Source of the DNA: an uncultured Trueperaceae bacterium
Lineage (GTDB): Bacteria > Deinococcota > Deinococci > Deinococcales > Trueperaceae
Length of the DNA stretch: 64,000 nt
Reading direction: 5' to 3'
NCBI GenBank assembly: GCA_963799485.1
Contig: CAWCXJ010000001.1
Span: 64,001-128,000 of the forward strand
Both the position numbers and the translations under genes were made by a program. The first letter of the stretch is position 1, and every line of letters starts with the position of its first letter. Positions 38,113 to 51,597 of the stretch are shown in pieces. The notes below the pieces were generated by a model. That model had not been told where the DNA came from. It saw only the letters and a list, made by a program, of their open reading frames with translations, and did not search any database.

Positions 38113-38870
38113 TGACGTACCACCCTGGTGCCGCGCGTTCCTGCCAGCGTCGCCCGCAGGTCTTGCGGTTTACGTCCGTCGGCAATGACGGCAAACGGTG
38201 CGCCCGCAGCCAACGCGTCTAGCGCCGCCTCGACTTTGGGAATCATCCCGCCGGAGATGCGCCCATCACGAATTCGCGCTTGAATCTCGCCTTCGCTCAA
38301 GGTCGTCATGAGGCTGTCCGGGTCGCCCGGGTCGCTCAGCACGCCGGGAATGTTGCTCAAAAACACAACCGGCGCGCCCAGTGCCCCGGCAACCGCGCTC
38401 GCGGCGTCGTCCGCGTTGACGTTGAGCGCGCCGCCGTAAACGTCTACGCCCAAACAAGCGACGACCGGAATCAGCTCTAAACCCAAAAGCCCGGTCAGCA
38501 ACTCACAGTTGACCGTCGTCACCTTACCGACCAGACCGAGCGCCGCGCTGAAAGGTGCTGCAATCAAGAGCCCTGCGTCCCGCCCGGTCAGGCCGACACC
38601 CTGCCCGAGTTCTTGCGCTAGTACCTTGCCGAGCTGCGTCAGGGTGCGCTCGATAATGGGTAAACTCGCCTCGTCGGTGACCCGCAAACCCCGCACAAAA
38701 CGGCTCTCGAGCCCGGCTTCTTTAAGCGCCGCGGCAATAAAGGGGCCGCCGCCGTGAACGACGACCGCGCCCGGCAGCCGGGCAATTTCACGGGCCACCC
38801 TTGCGCGCAGCGCCGGTTCGGTCATCGCGTTGCCGCCGTACTTGATAACGACCGGGACAGGTGCAGACAT
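38109..38870 (-). CDS. argB: Acetylglutamate kinase
   Basis: VIKYGGNAM, VHGGGP, GLRVTD, NVNAD, GGMIPKV. Confidence 0.93.
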   Translation of the reverse strand: MSAPVPVVIKYGGNAMTEPALRARVAREIARLPGAVVVHGGGPFIAAALKEAGLESRFVRGLRVTDEASLPIIERTLTQLGKVLAQELGQGVGLTGRDAGLLIAAPFSAALGLVGKVTTVNCELLTGLLGLELIPVVACLGVDVYGGALNVNADDAASAVAGALGAPVVFLSNIPGVLSDPGDPDSLMTTLSEGEIQARIRDGRISGGMIPKVEAALDALAAGAPFAVIADGRKPQDLRATLAGTRGTRVVRH

Positions 38871-39006
38871 CCTCTCACCATGACACGCGCCGTTCGGCTG
38901 GACAAGAGGTTGTCAGGCACGACTTTTTACGGTCAGCTTGGTATGCTCCTGAAACCTGACCGCACCGCGCGGCATTTTTTAGAACGGCTCGAGAGGACAC
39001 AACAGC

Positions 39007-40437
39007 GTGGACACACTTGTTTTCGGTACCGACGGCTGGCGCGACATCATCGGCGAACGTTTTACCTTTGCAAACGTCTCGAGGGTCGCGCAGGCTTACG
39101 CGGCGTATCTGCACGACGCGGGCACGCCGAGCGTCGCCGTCGGTTACGACACCCGCTTTAACGGGGCACTTTTCGCGCGGCGGGTCGCCGAGGTATTCGC
39201 CGCCAACGGCGTCCGGGTATTCCTGACTGAAAATTACCTGCCGACGCCTGCGCTCTCGTTCGCCGTAAACCACTTGACACTCGGCGGCGGCGTGATGCTC
39301 ACGGCGTCGCACAACCCGCCGCCGTACAGCGGCTTCAAGCTCAAGGGGCCGTATGGCGGCACGGCGACCGAAGCCATCTATAAAGATGTGAGCGCCCGCG
39401 TCGCCGAAACCGACCCGGACGACGTGCTTGGCTTTGACGAGAAAAAACACGTGCTGGAAACGCTCGACATCCGCGCCGCCTACTACGACGCGCTGAGCCA
39501 GCTTGTTGACCTTGACTTGCTCCGCACCTTTACCGGCACGCTTGCTCACGACGCGATGGGCGGCGCGGGCTCAGGCTGGCTAAAAGGCTTTGCCGAATAC
39601 GCCGGGCTGCCCTTGACCGTGCAGGAGCTGCGCGGCGACCCGACCCCGATGTTTTACGGCGTCAACCCCGAACCGCTGCCGCAAAACCTCGCCTCGACGA
39701 TGGACTTTATGAAGCGTTCGGACGCTGTATTTGCCGCTGCTACCGACGGCGACGCCGACCGGCTCGGGTTGGCGCTGCCGGGTGGGACGTTTTTCAACTC
39801 GCACCAGATTTTAGCGGTGCTGCTCAGTTCGCTTTACGACAAAGGGGGTCGTGGGCGGGTCGTCAAAACCTTTACGACCTCGAGGGTTGTCGAACGGCTC
39901 GCCGAAAAACGCGGTCTGGAGGTGCTCGAGACCCCCGTCGGTTTCAAATACATCGTCGACGCGATGCTCGCGGGTGACGTGCTGATCGGCGGGGAAGAGT
40001 CGGGCGGGATTGGCGTACAAGGCCACATCCCCGAACGCGACGGGCTCGCGAATACGCTTTTGATGCTCGAGGCCACTTTGCGCTCCGGTAAAAGCGTCGC
40101 CGAACTGTTCGCGGCGCTGGAACAAGAAGCCGACTGGCAGCACGCCTACGACCGAGTAGATTTGCAGCTCTCCGGTAACGCGCTTAAAGACGCCGTACTG
40201 AACGCGCTCAAAAATCCCCCTGAAGCGTTCGCGGGCCGCAGAGTCGAATCGGTCGAAACTTTAGACGGCGTAAAGTTCAATCTTTCCGGCAAAGCGTGGC
40301 TGCTCTTCCGCGCGTCGGGCACCGAGCCGGTGCTGCGTATCTACTGCGAGGCGCAGTCGGAAGCCGACGTCGCAGACATTTTGAAGGCGGGGCAGGCGTT
40401 TGTCGCCGAGATAGAAGCAATGAGAAGAAAGCAATGA
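39007..40437 (+). CDS. Phosphoglucomutase/phosphomannomutase family protein
   Basis: FGTDGWR, TASHNP, DGDADR, GEESGG, RASGTEP. Confidence 0.95.
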   Translation: MDTLVFGTDGWRDIIGERFTFANVSRVAQAYAAYLHDAGTPSVAVGYDTRFNGALFARRVAEVFAANGVRVFLTENYLPTPALSFAVNHLTLGGGVMLTASHNPPPYSGFKLKGPYGGTATEAIYKDVSARVAETDPDDVLGFDEKKHVLETLDIRAAYYDALSQLVDLDLLRTFTGTLAHDAMGGAGSGWLKGFAEYAGLPLTVQELRGDPTPMFYGVNPEPLPQNLASTMDFMKRSDAVFAAATDGDADRLGLALPGGTFFNSHQILAVLLSSLYDKGGRGRVVKTFTTSRVVERLAEKRGLEVLETPVGFKYIVDAMLAGDVLIGGEESGGIGVQGHIPERDGLANTLLMLEATLRSGKSVAELFAALEQEADWQHAYDRVDLQLSGNALKDAVLNALKNPPEAFAGRRVESVETLDGVKFNLSGKAWLLFRASGTEPVLRIYCEAQSEADVADILKAGQAFVAEIEAMRRKQ

Positions 40438-40475
40438 GCAACGAGTTACGACCTAAGCTCTCGGTGCTCATTGCT
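40430..40475. terminator. Inverted repeat between convergent genes
   Basis: AGCAATGAGCAACGAG / CTCGGTGCTCATTGCT (one mismatch). Confidence 0.55.
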
Positions 40476-40489
40476 CGGTACTCATCCCT

Positions 40490-41560
40490 CTAAAGTGTTA
40501 TCAGCTCTTTCGGACTGTGCGACAGCAGTTCAAACCCCGTTTCCGTCACCATCGCCAAGTCTTCAATCCGGACGCCCGCGTCACCGGGAATGTACGCGCC
40601 CGGTTCGATGGTCACGCTCATACCGGGTTTGAGCACCCCGCCGGAAAGCTTGCTCAGGCGCGGGCCTTCGTGGACTTCCAAACCGACGCCGTGCCCGAGG
40701 CTATGGGAAAAATACTCGCCCAGACCGGCTTCGGTGAGAGAGTCCCGCGCTACCGCGTCCATCTCCTTGCCTGTTTTACCGGGAGCCAGCGCCTGCACTG
40801 CCGCCTCTTGAGCGCGCAGCACGGATTCGTAAAGCTCTGAGTGTGCGTCCGTCAGCTTGCCAACCGCAACCGTGCGGGTCATATCGGCGTGGTAGCCGTC
40901 TACTTTTGCGCCGAAGTCGAGCGTCACCAATTCGCCGGCTTCGATGCGTTTGCTCGAGGCCGTCCCGTGCGGCATCGCGCTCCGGTGACCCGACGCGACG
41001 ATAATCTCAAACGCAGCACCTTCGGCCCCGGCAGCGCGCATGAAACGCCCTAGTTCCAAAGCCACCTCGACCTCGCTAAGCCCCGCCCGGATAAACCCCA
41101 GGATATGCGTAAACGCGTCGTCGGTCAGCTTCGCGGCCTGCCGTAAAAGCTCGATTTCGCCCGGTGTTTTGACGAGCCGCAGTTCGGCAACTAAACCTTC
41201 GGTCGGGCGCAGGGCTCCTGTCAGCTTCTCCTGCAGGGTTTCAAAAAGCGCGTAGGTGACGTTTTCGGCTTCAAAGGCGACGCTCCGCCCGCCAAGTTTA
41301 GCCGCTAGATGCTCCGTCCACGAGTCCCCAAAAATCTCGACGGGCAGCTGCGACTCTTCACCGGCCTGCGCAATGTAGCGCCCATCGGTAATCAGCGTAG
41401 CGCCCTCATACGTGACGAGAACGCGCCCGTCTTCGGGTGCGCGAAAGCCGGACAGGTAGCGCACGTTGGCGGGCTGCGTGACGAGCAGCGCCTCGGCTCC
41501 GGTGTCGGCAAACGCTTCGCGGATATGCGCCAGCCTCGTCTCTAGAACAGCTTTCAGCAC
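40490..41560 (-). CDS. Xaa-Pro peptidase (M24 family)
   Basis: NVRYLSGF, TDGRY, LDFGA, DMTRT, HSLGHGVGLEVHE, TIEPG, VRIED; GTG start overlapping the tpiA stop. Confidence 0.92.
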   Translation of the reverse strand: MLKAVLETRLAHIREAFADTGAEALLVTQPANVRYLSGFRAPEDGRVLVTYEGATLITDGRYIAQAGEESQLPVEIFGDSWTEHLAAKLGGRSVAFEAENVTYALFETLQEKLTGALRPTEGLVAELRLVKTPGEIELLRQAAKLTDDAFTHILGFIRAGLSEVEVALELGRFMRAAGAEGAAFEIIVASGHRSAMPHGTASSKRIEAGELVTLDFGAKVDGYHADMTRTVAVGKLTDAHSELYESVLRAQEAAVQALAPGKTGKEMDAVARDSLTEAGLGEYFSHSLGHGVGLEVHEGPRLSKLSGGVLKPGMSVTIEPGAYIPGDAGVRIEDLAMVTETGFELLSHSPKELITL

Positions 41561-42306
41561 GCGGCGGCAATCTTGGCGAGTGAGGCGGGCTCGAGGCTGG
41601 CGCTGCCGATCAAGCCGCCGTTGATGTCGGGTTGGGCGAGCAACCCGGCGGCGTTGTCGCCTTTCATCGAGCCGCCGTAAAGGATACGCACGTTGTCCGC
41701 CAAGTCCGGCATGAGGCGGCGTAACTCGCCGCGAATCGCGCCGCTCATCTCCTGCGCGTCTTCGTCGGTCGCGGTTTTGCCTGTTCCGATGGCCCATACG
41801 GGTTCGTAGGCAATGACGAGCTGTTCGGCGCTGCCTGGCGAGAGTCCCTCGAGCGCTGCTTTTAACTGGCCCAGGGTAACGTCTTCAGCCCTTCCCGCAC
41901 CGCGCGCCGCGAGCTTTTCACCGATACACAAGATAGGGGTGAGTCCCGCGGCTTGCACCGCTTTCAGTTTGGCCCGCACCAGCGCGTCGTCTTCGCCGTG
42001 ATACTCGCGCCGCTCGGAGTGCCCGACGATAACGTAGTGAACACCGACGTCTTTAAGCATCGCCGCGGCGACCTCGCCGGTATACGCGCCCTGGTCGTGC
42101 GCGCTCACGTCTTGCGCGCCGAGCTTGACGTCACCGCCTGCAAGGGCCGCTTCGAGCGCCGGAAGATGCGTGTAGGGCGCGCAGAGAGCCAGCTCGAGCC
42201 CCCTCGTCTCGACGTCCTCCAACGCAGTATGAAGGTCTGCGACCCAGGCGTTCATTTCACTCGGGAGTTTGTGGAGTTTCCAGTTAGCCGCAATGAGAGG
42301 TTTCAT
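41554..42306 (-). CDS. tpiA: Triosephosphate isomerase
   Basis: AANWK, GHSERR, AYEPVWAIGTG, LYGGS, LIGSASL; start revised to MKPLIAANWK. Confidence 0.97.
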   Translation of the reverse strand: MKPLIAANWKLHKLPSEMNAWVADLHTALEDVETRGLELALCAPYTHLPALEAALAGGDVKLGAQDVSAHDQGAYTGEVAAAMLKDVGVHYVIVGHSERREYHGEDDALVRAKLKAVQAAGLTPILCIGEKLAARGAGRAEDVTLGQLKAALEGLSPGSAEQLVIAYEPVWAIGTGKTATDEDAQEMSGAIRGELRRLMPDLADNVRILYGGSMKGDNAAGLLAQPDINGGLIGSASLEPASLAKIAAAC

Positions 42307-42697
42307 ACCTGCAAGGATACCGCACCTGCCGTAAACGTAAAGAAGCCGGCGGCGTAACGGCGGATGCTGTGGTGCTGGAAGGTGCCGGAAGCGGACATTT
42401 TTGTTGGGAGAGGCCGGTCGTGGCTCACCGCCAAATGACCGCCAAATGACAATAATTACGCTACCCATCTTCAGGGGGCCGCAACCCCTCGCTCAAAGCT
42501 CTACCGCAGTTTAGAGCGCTATAAAGCCGCGAGTAAACACTGCCCGTTTTAGACGTAGCTGTGCGACCTTAAAGCCGATTTCGCCGAAATGTCGTGCGCG
42601 CCGACCCTGCTGCTCTCTGTGGTCTGTATCTTCGTGGTCTGTATCCGTGAGCCCACAGTCGGCCCCGCAACCCTCAGCAGAAGCCGGTCACCAAGCG

Positions 42698-42973
42698 CTA
42701 GGCTTCAGCGACACCCGGCTCGAGCATCAGCGTCCGGTTGCCCATGACAAACCCACCTTTTACGGCGTTGCCGGCCTCGCTGTCAACCATACGCCCTTGC
42801 CAAAAGGTGCCGCCGCTATGGGTCGCAACTTTATACGCAACGAAACGGTCGCGGAAGATCAGCAGCTTGGTCGGGCCGTTGTCAATCTGTGTAGCGAGCT
42901 CGACCTGTTCAGCCGAGAGTTTAAGCGCCTGCGCCGGGTTGACTTCTACAATGTAGCGAGTTGACAGCATCAC
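42698..42973 (-). CDS. Small hypothetical protein
   Basis: 91-aa ORF with AGGGGG RBS-like sequence; no recognisable family. Confidence 0.5.
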   Translation of the reverse strand: MMLSTRYIVEVNPAQALKLSAEQVELATQIDNGPTKLLIFRDRFVAYKVATHSGGTFWQGRMVDSEAGNAVKGGFVMGNRTLMLEPGVAEA

Positions 42974-43154
42974 GACCCCCTAAAAAGTAACTGAGTTTAA
43001 GTGTAAACAACTTACAGCTGTACCAGAAGCGTGTATACAGAAAATTAGTACACAACCTCATGTGTAAGCCTATTCACTGCTTGCTGTTTCGACCGGTAAA
43101 ATACTTAAAACCACCGCCAGAAGTTGCATAAACTTTCTTTGGTAAGTGCGAAGC

Positions 43155-46716
<3,562 letters not shown>

Positions 46717-46720
<4 letters not shown>

Positions 46721-47280
46721 CCCCTTTTGCCCCCATCGACATTCTCCTTCCGCTGCTCTGGCTGTTTATCGTCGTGGTGTCGGCGCAGCGGGGCTTGGTC
46801 GGGCTGATTGCCGGGCTTGCCGGGGCCGTGTTTCTCAAACCGCTGCTGCTGGTTGCAAACTACAGTGCGCCGCTCGCGCTCGTGGTGGCGCTTTTGCTCG
46901 GCTTTCTAGTGACGATGTTGGTGCGGCCTTTTCCCAACCTGAGTTACCGCCAACCGCGCTGGGGCTACTTGTTAGGGACGCTCGGCGGCGCGGTTTTGGG
47001 AACCGCGCTCGTGTTAACGCTGCTCGTTTCTTTGCCCATGGGCCGTGACTTAAGCGGGGCGGTGCGTTATCCCGACAAAGAGATGCCCTTTGCAGCGTTG
47101 TTCGAGCGCTCACGCCTGGTTTCGTTCGGACGTGCTATTTTGCTGTATCCGCTGCTCGAGCAGAGCGGTGAGATTGCCCCCGCGAACCGGGGCGTCTTAA
47201 ACGCGCTGCACACGATGTTCGTTGTCGGGCAGCCGTGGGAGGAGGGCGAGGGAAGACTCTCGGGAAAGCGCAAGCCCTGA
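46717..47280 (+). CDS. Membrane protein, CvpA-like
   Basis: IDILL...QRGLV N-terminus, about 4 TM helices, LG.LGGA.LG. Confidence 0.5.
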
Positions 47281-47376
47281 TTTGCGGCAGGTTTTAGCTT
47301 ATCTAGTGAGCCGGTTATAAGCGCTACACCTCTAGAGGTTATGCGTTCCAAGCCGGTTTTATAAGCCGATACCGTT

Positions 47377-47646
47377 AGCGCCACGAGTGCTGGCTGCAAG
47401 TCAGGTGACGAGGTGGAGGGCTTTTACCCCCGGACACGCATATATATTGCGTTCGGGTGGTAAAAGATAAGGTAACGGTTGACGGCGCTATCATCCCGAA
47501 CCGTACCGAAAATGCGAAGCTGTCTGCGGGCCCCTCCCGTCTTTTGATGCTCGAGTCCTGCCGGAATCCCAACCGGCGCAAAAAGTCGTTACGAAAACCG
47601 GTAGAAAAACCTGAAGGCGTGCCTGTGAGGTCAGCGGCCTGTAGGT
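47377..47646 (+). ncRNA. glmS ribozyme, structural variant with large core insertion
   Basis: AGCGCC 47377, stem CTGGCT/AGTCAG, GACGAGG 47407, P2 GGAGGG 47415/CCCTCC 47532, P3-like CGTCTTTTG/CAAAAAGTCG, P4-like hairpin; located in the glmS 5' UTR. Confidence 0.75.
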
Positions 47647-47715
47647 ATTGTGTGGCTGCGTCTAAACACGCGCAGACCTTGTTGTTGATAGCAGATGTTG
47701 ATATAGGAGACTTTT

Positions 47716-49536
47716 ATGTGTGGCATCGTGGGTTATGTAGGACACCGCCAGGCGGCGGAGGTAATTCTAGACGGGCTCAAAAGGCTCGAGTACCGGGGCT
47801 ACGACTCCGCCGGGGTCGTGATTTCAGGCAAAAACGAAGACGCGCTTCAGGTGACCAAAAGGGCCGGAAAGCTCAAGGTTCTAGCCGCCGCGCTGCAAAC
47901 CAAACCGCTCGCCGGCACGCTCGGCCTCGGTCATACACGCTGGGCGACGCACGGCAAACCCAACGACGTCAACGCGCATCCGCATCTGTCCGAAGACGGC
48001 AAGCTCGCGGTGATTCATAACGGCATCATCGAAAACTACCTGCCGCTCAAGTCGCGGTTGCAAACAGCAGGTCACGTCTTCGCTTCCGAGACCGACACCG
48101 AGGTCATAGTTCACCTCATCGAAGCGCACTATCAGGGCGATCTGGTCGCGGCGGTGCGGAGCGCCCTGCGCGAGGTAACGGGCGCGTACGCGCTCGTGGT
48201 GTCGCACAAAGACCACGACCTGATTGTCGCCGCCAGAGCCACCAGCCCGATGGTTCTGGGTCTCGGCGACGGCGAGACCTTCGTCGCCAGCGACGTACCG
48301 GCGCTCTTGCCGTATACCCGCGAGGTCGTGTTCCTGCACGACGGTGATATGGCGCTGTTGACCCGGGACGGCGTGACGATTACCGACTTCGGCGGCAACG
48401 TGTTGGCGCGCAGCAGCACTACCATCGATTGGGACGCGGAAGCGGCGGAAAAGGCCGGCTTCGAGCACTTTATGCTCAAGGAAATCTACGAGCAGCCCAC
48501 GGTGTTGCAAAACACGCTCGGCGGGCGCTTTGCTGCTAACGGGGCGGACGTGCAGCTGGGGCTGAAGCTCGATCCGAACGACATCGACCGGGTGGTCGTG
48601 AGCGCGTGCGGCACCGCCTACTACTCGGGCATGGTCGGCGAGTATCTGATCGAAAAGCTCGCGCGTATCCCCGTAGACGTCGAGATTGCCAGCGAGTTTC
48701 GTTACCGCGAGCCGGTCTTGAATGACCGCACGCTCTGCGTGGTGGTGTCGCAGTCGGGCGAGACGATCGATACGCTCGAGGCCCTCCGCGAAGCCAAAAC
48801 CCAGGGCGCAAAAACACTCGCCATCCTGAACTCGAAAGGCTCATCCATCAGCCGCGAGGCCGACGACGTTCTTTACATCCACGCCGGCCCGGAAATCGGC
48901 GTCGCCAGCACCAAAGCCTATACCGCGATGGTCGCGGCGTTTGAACTGTTGGCCATCTTTTTAGGCCGCGCCAAGGGTGCGCTCAGCGGTGAACGCGCCG
49001 CCGAACTCATCAGCGCCTTGCGGCAGCTGCCGGTTTTGGTCGAAGAGACGCTGCAAACCCGCGCCGAAGTCGCCCGGATTGCCGAGACCTACAAAGACAA
49101 GCGTGACTACCTCTTTCTGGGCCGGGGTGCGAACTATCCAACGGCTTTGGAGGGTGCGCTCAAACTCAAAGAAATCTCGTACATCCACGCCGAAGCCTAC
49201 GCCACCGGCGAGATGAAACACGGCCCGATTGCGCTCATCGATTCGGACATGCCGGTCGTAGCGGTCGCTACCGCCTCGGCCTTGTATGACAAAACCATCT
49301 CGAACTTGCAAGAGGTGCGGGCCAGGGACGGCATCGTGATTGCTCTGGCCAGCGAAGGCGACACCCGCATCGCCGCGCACGCCGACGCTGTGATCTATGT
49401 CCCGGCAACCCTCGAGCTCGTCTCACCGATTGTCAACGTGGTGGCGCTCCAGCTTTTGGCTTACGAAACCGCTGCGCGGCTCGGGCGCGATGTTGACCAG
49501 CCGCGTAATCTGGCCAAGAGCGTCACGGTCGAGTAA
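47716..49536 (+). CDS. glmS: Glutamine-fructose-6-phosphate transaminase
   Basis: MCGIVG, LEYRGYDSAG, HTRWATHG, SQSGET, PRNLAKSVTVE. Confidence 0.99.
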   Translation: MCGIVGYVGHRQAAEVILDGLKRLEYRGYDSAGVVISGKNEDALQVTKRAGKLKVLAAALQTKPLAGTLGLGHTRWATHGKPNDVNAHPHLSEDGKLAVIHNGIIENYLPLKSRLQTAGHVFASETDTEVIVHLIEAHYQGDLVAAVRSALREVTGAYALVVSHKDHDLIVAARATSPMVLGLGDGETFVASDVPALLPYTREVVFLHDGDMALLTRDGVTITDFGGNVLARSSTTIDWDAEAAEKAGFEHFMLKEIYEQPTVLQNTLGGRFAANGADVQLGLKLDPNDIDRVVVSACGTAYYSGMVGEYLIEKLARIPVDVEIASEFRYREPVLNDRTLCVVVSQSGETIDTLEALREAKTQGAKTLAILNSKGSSISREADDVLYIHAGPEIGVASTKAYTAMVAAFELLAIFLGRAKGALSGERAAELISALRQLPVLVEETLQTRAEVARIAETYKDKRDYLFLGRGANYPTALEGALKLKEISYIHAEAYATGEMKHGPIALIDSDMPVVAVATASALYDKTISNLQEVRARDGIVIALASEGDTRIAAHADAVIYVPATLELVSPIVNVVALQLLAYETAARLGRDVDQPRNLAKSVTVE

Positions 49537-49546
49537 ACAGCACGCT

Positions 49547-49587
49547 ATATGAAAAGAGGTCGGTGTGAAACCGACCTCTTTTCATAT
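49547..49587. terminator. Bidirectional intrinsic terminator
   Basis: Perfect 18-bp inverted repeat ATATGAAAAGAGGTCGGT/ACCGACCTCTTTTCATAT. Confidence 0.85.
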
Positions 49588-49608
49588 TCTTTTTAGGCGC
49601 ATGACCGT

Positions 49609-50610
49609 TTACCAGGCGTAAGCTTCAGGAACCGGGCCGGGGCCGAGTTTACGGCCCCTGTTGATGCTGAATATCTCGTCAAGGCGGGTCATGACGCCCG
49701 GCTCGAGCCTCAACCCTGCAGCCTCCTCTAAACCGTCTAACTGCTCGACTTTCCGCACACCGACGATTGCTGAAGCTACCGCCGGATTCTGCAAAACCCA
49801 GGCCGTCGCTACCACGTGTTCACGCACGCCCAAACCCTTGCACAGCGCAGAAAACTGCGTAAACTGGTCATTGCCTTCGCCCAATTTGATGTCGTACTCT
49901 TCCTCTAACTGCTTGGTGCGTGAGCCTTCAGCCGCGCTCACCTTACCGGTTAAGAGTCCGCCCGCGAGCGGCATATAGGCGATGACGCCGATGCCGAAGT
50001 CTTGTGCGGCGGGCAATACCTCCAGCTCGGGAATCCGGTTGAGCAGATTGTACTGCGTCTGCTCGGAGACGAAGCCGAGAGAGCCGCGTTGCCACGCCTG
50101 CGACTGCATTTTGGCGAGTCCCCAACCGGGAAAGTTGCTCGAGCCCGCGTAGAGCACGTCCCCGTCTGCAATCATCTTTTCATACGTGCCCCAAAACTCC
50201 TCAGAAGAGACGCGGCGGTCGATGTGGTGAACCTGATAGAGGTCGATGCGGTCGGTTTGGAGCCGCCCCAACGACTCCGCGACCTGCTTTCGCGCCTTGT
50301 ACGCCGAAAATCCGGCCTCGTCGTTAGGGACATGGCCTTTTTGCATCGGATTATAGAGCTTGGTTGCTAAAACAACCTGGTCGCGGACTTCGGGCCGACG
50401 CGCAAACCAGCTGCCGATAATCTTTTCCGAGCGGCCTTTGTCGTCACCGCCGTAAACGTTCGCCGTGTCGATAAAGTTGATGTCCATTTCCAACGTCCGG
50501 TCGAGTATTTTATGCGACTCCTCTTCGGACGCATACGGCCCGAAGTGCATGGTGCCTAGGCAAATCTTGCTGACCGTCAGGTTCGAGCGGCCCAGTTTGG
50601 TGTATTCCAT
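49609..50610 (-). CDS. Aldo/keto reductase
   Basis: LGTM, FIDTANVYG, LATK, IDLYQVH, YNLL, YMPLAGGLLTGK. Confidence 0.93.
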   Translation of the reverse strand: MEYTKLGRSNLTVSKICLGTMHFGPYASEEESHKILDRTLEMDINFIDTANVYGGDDKGRSEKIIGSWFARRPEVRDQVVLATKLYNPMQKGHVPNDEAGFSAYKARKQVAESLGRLQTDRIDLYQVHHIDRRVSSEEFWGTYEKMIADGDVLYAGSSNFPGWGLAKMQSQAWQRGSLGFVSEQTQYNLLNRIPELEVLPAAQDFGIGVIAYMPLAGGLLTGKVSAAEGSRTKQLEEEYDIKLGEGNDQFTQFSALCKGLGVREHVVATAWVLQNPAVASAIVGVRKVEQLDGLEEAAGLRLEPGVMTRLDEIFSINRGRKLGPGPVPEAYAW

Positions 50611-50714
50611 CCGTTCTCCTCTAGTAAGTACGTCTTTCGTTACGGATTGAGTATATGAGTCAGAGCAAACTCTAAGTCAAATTTTGCGCCTTTTCTCGAA
50701 CTTGTCTTCCTCGC

Positions 50715-51587
50715 TTAACAACTCGCTAAAAAGTGTCTCGAGGCCAGCAGACCGGCTTTTTCCGTGTCCTCTTCACCGTTGAAAAAATGGTCCTCCAACT
50801 CGACACAGACGCAGCCCCCGTAACCAGCCTCAGCCAGCATTTCAAATGCCCGCTGCCAGCGCATGACGCCGTGACCGGGAATCGTATAGCGCCAGAACGA
50901 CCCACTAAAACGCGGAGGTTTGGCAAAGAGCGGTTTCTGCTCCGTCCCGTATTCGTACTGCAACTCACTAAAGATTTCGGTGTCTTTGGCGTGAACGTGA
51001 TAGACGCGCCCGACAAACTCGCCCAAAAACCGCAGCGGGTCGATGCCCATACGCAGCAGGTGCGACGGGTCGTAATTGACGCCCATTGCCGGAGACGGAC
51101 ACGCTTTAAAAAAGGCGCGGTACGATTCAGGCGTGCAGCAGAGGGCTCCGGGGCCGGGCCAGCCTTCGATGACCACTTTGGCGTTGTGCGTCTCGAGCGT
51201 CGGTGCCAGCGCACCGTAACTTTCGACCATCGCCGTAAAAACCTCTTGCGGCGGGTTGTTCGGGTTTTCCGGGAGCATCACGACAAAGTGGTTGAGCGGC
51301 CCTGCGGCGGCGCATTCCTCAACGTAGGTTTGGTTACGCGCTACCGCGTTGCGGCGTTTTTCTGGGTCGGGCGAGAGCATCCCCGACCACTCGAGCAGGT
51401 CAACTGAACCCGATCTCAGACCGGCAGCGGTCACAGCAGCGACGTTTTCAGGACTTTTGCCGGTGTCTAAAGCACTAAAATCGTTTTCTTGCGCCCAGGT
51501 GATGAGTCCCTGAACATCTTGACTCCACGCCGACAGCGGCGCGTAGCGAAATCCTACCGGAAAGTTTCCGGTGGCCGTTTGACTCAT
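50715..51587 (-). CDS. Sugar phosphate isomerase/epimerase (TIM barrel, IolE/XylA-like)
   Basis: VIEGWP, NYDPSHL, HVHAKD, PGHG, CVELED; RBS AAGGAG before ATG 51587. Confidence 0.88.
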   Translation of the reverse strand: MSQTATGNFPVGFRYAPLSAWSQDVQGLITWAQENDFSALDTGKSPENVAAVTAAGLRSGSVDLLEWSGMLSPDPEKRRNAVARNQTYVEECAAAGPLNHFVVMLPENPNNPPQEVFTAMVESYGALAPTLETHNAKVVIEGWPGPGALCCTPESYRAFFKACPSPAMGVNYDPSHLLRMGIDPLRFLGEFVGRVYHVHAKDTEIFSELQYEYGTEQKPLFAKPPRFSGSFWRYTIPGHGVMRWQRAFEMLAEAGYGGCVCVELEDHFFNGEEDTEKAGLLASRHFLASC

Positions 51588-51597
51588 ACTGTCTCCT

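Noticed and set aside
47457..48020. 187-aa ORF overlapping the glmS leader and start
   Set aside because: Overlaps the ribozyme and is out of frame with glmS; no protein-like features
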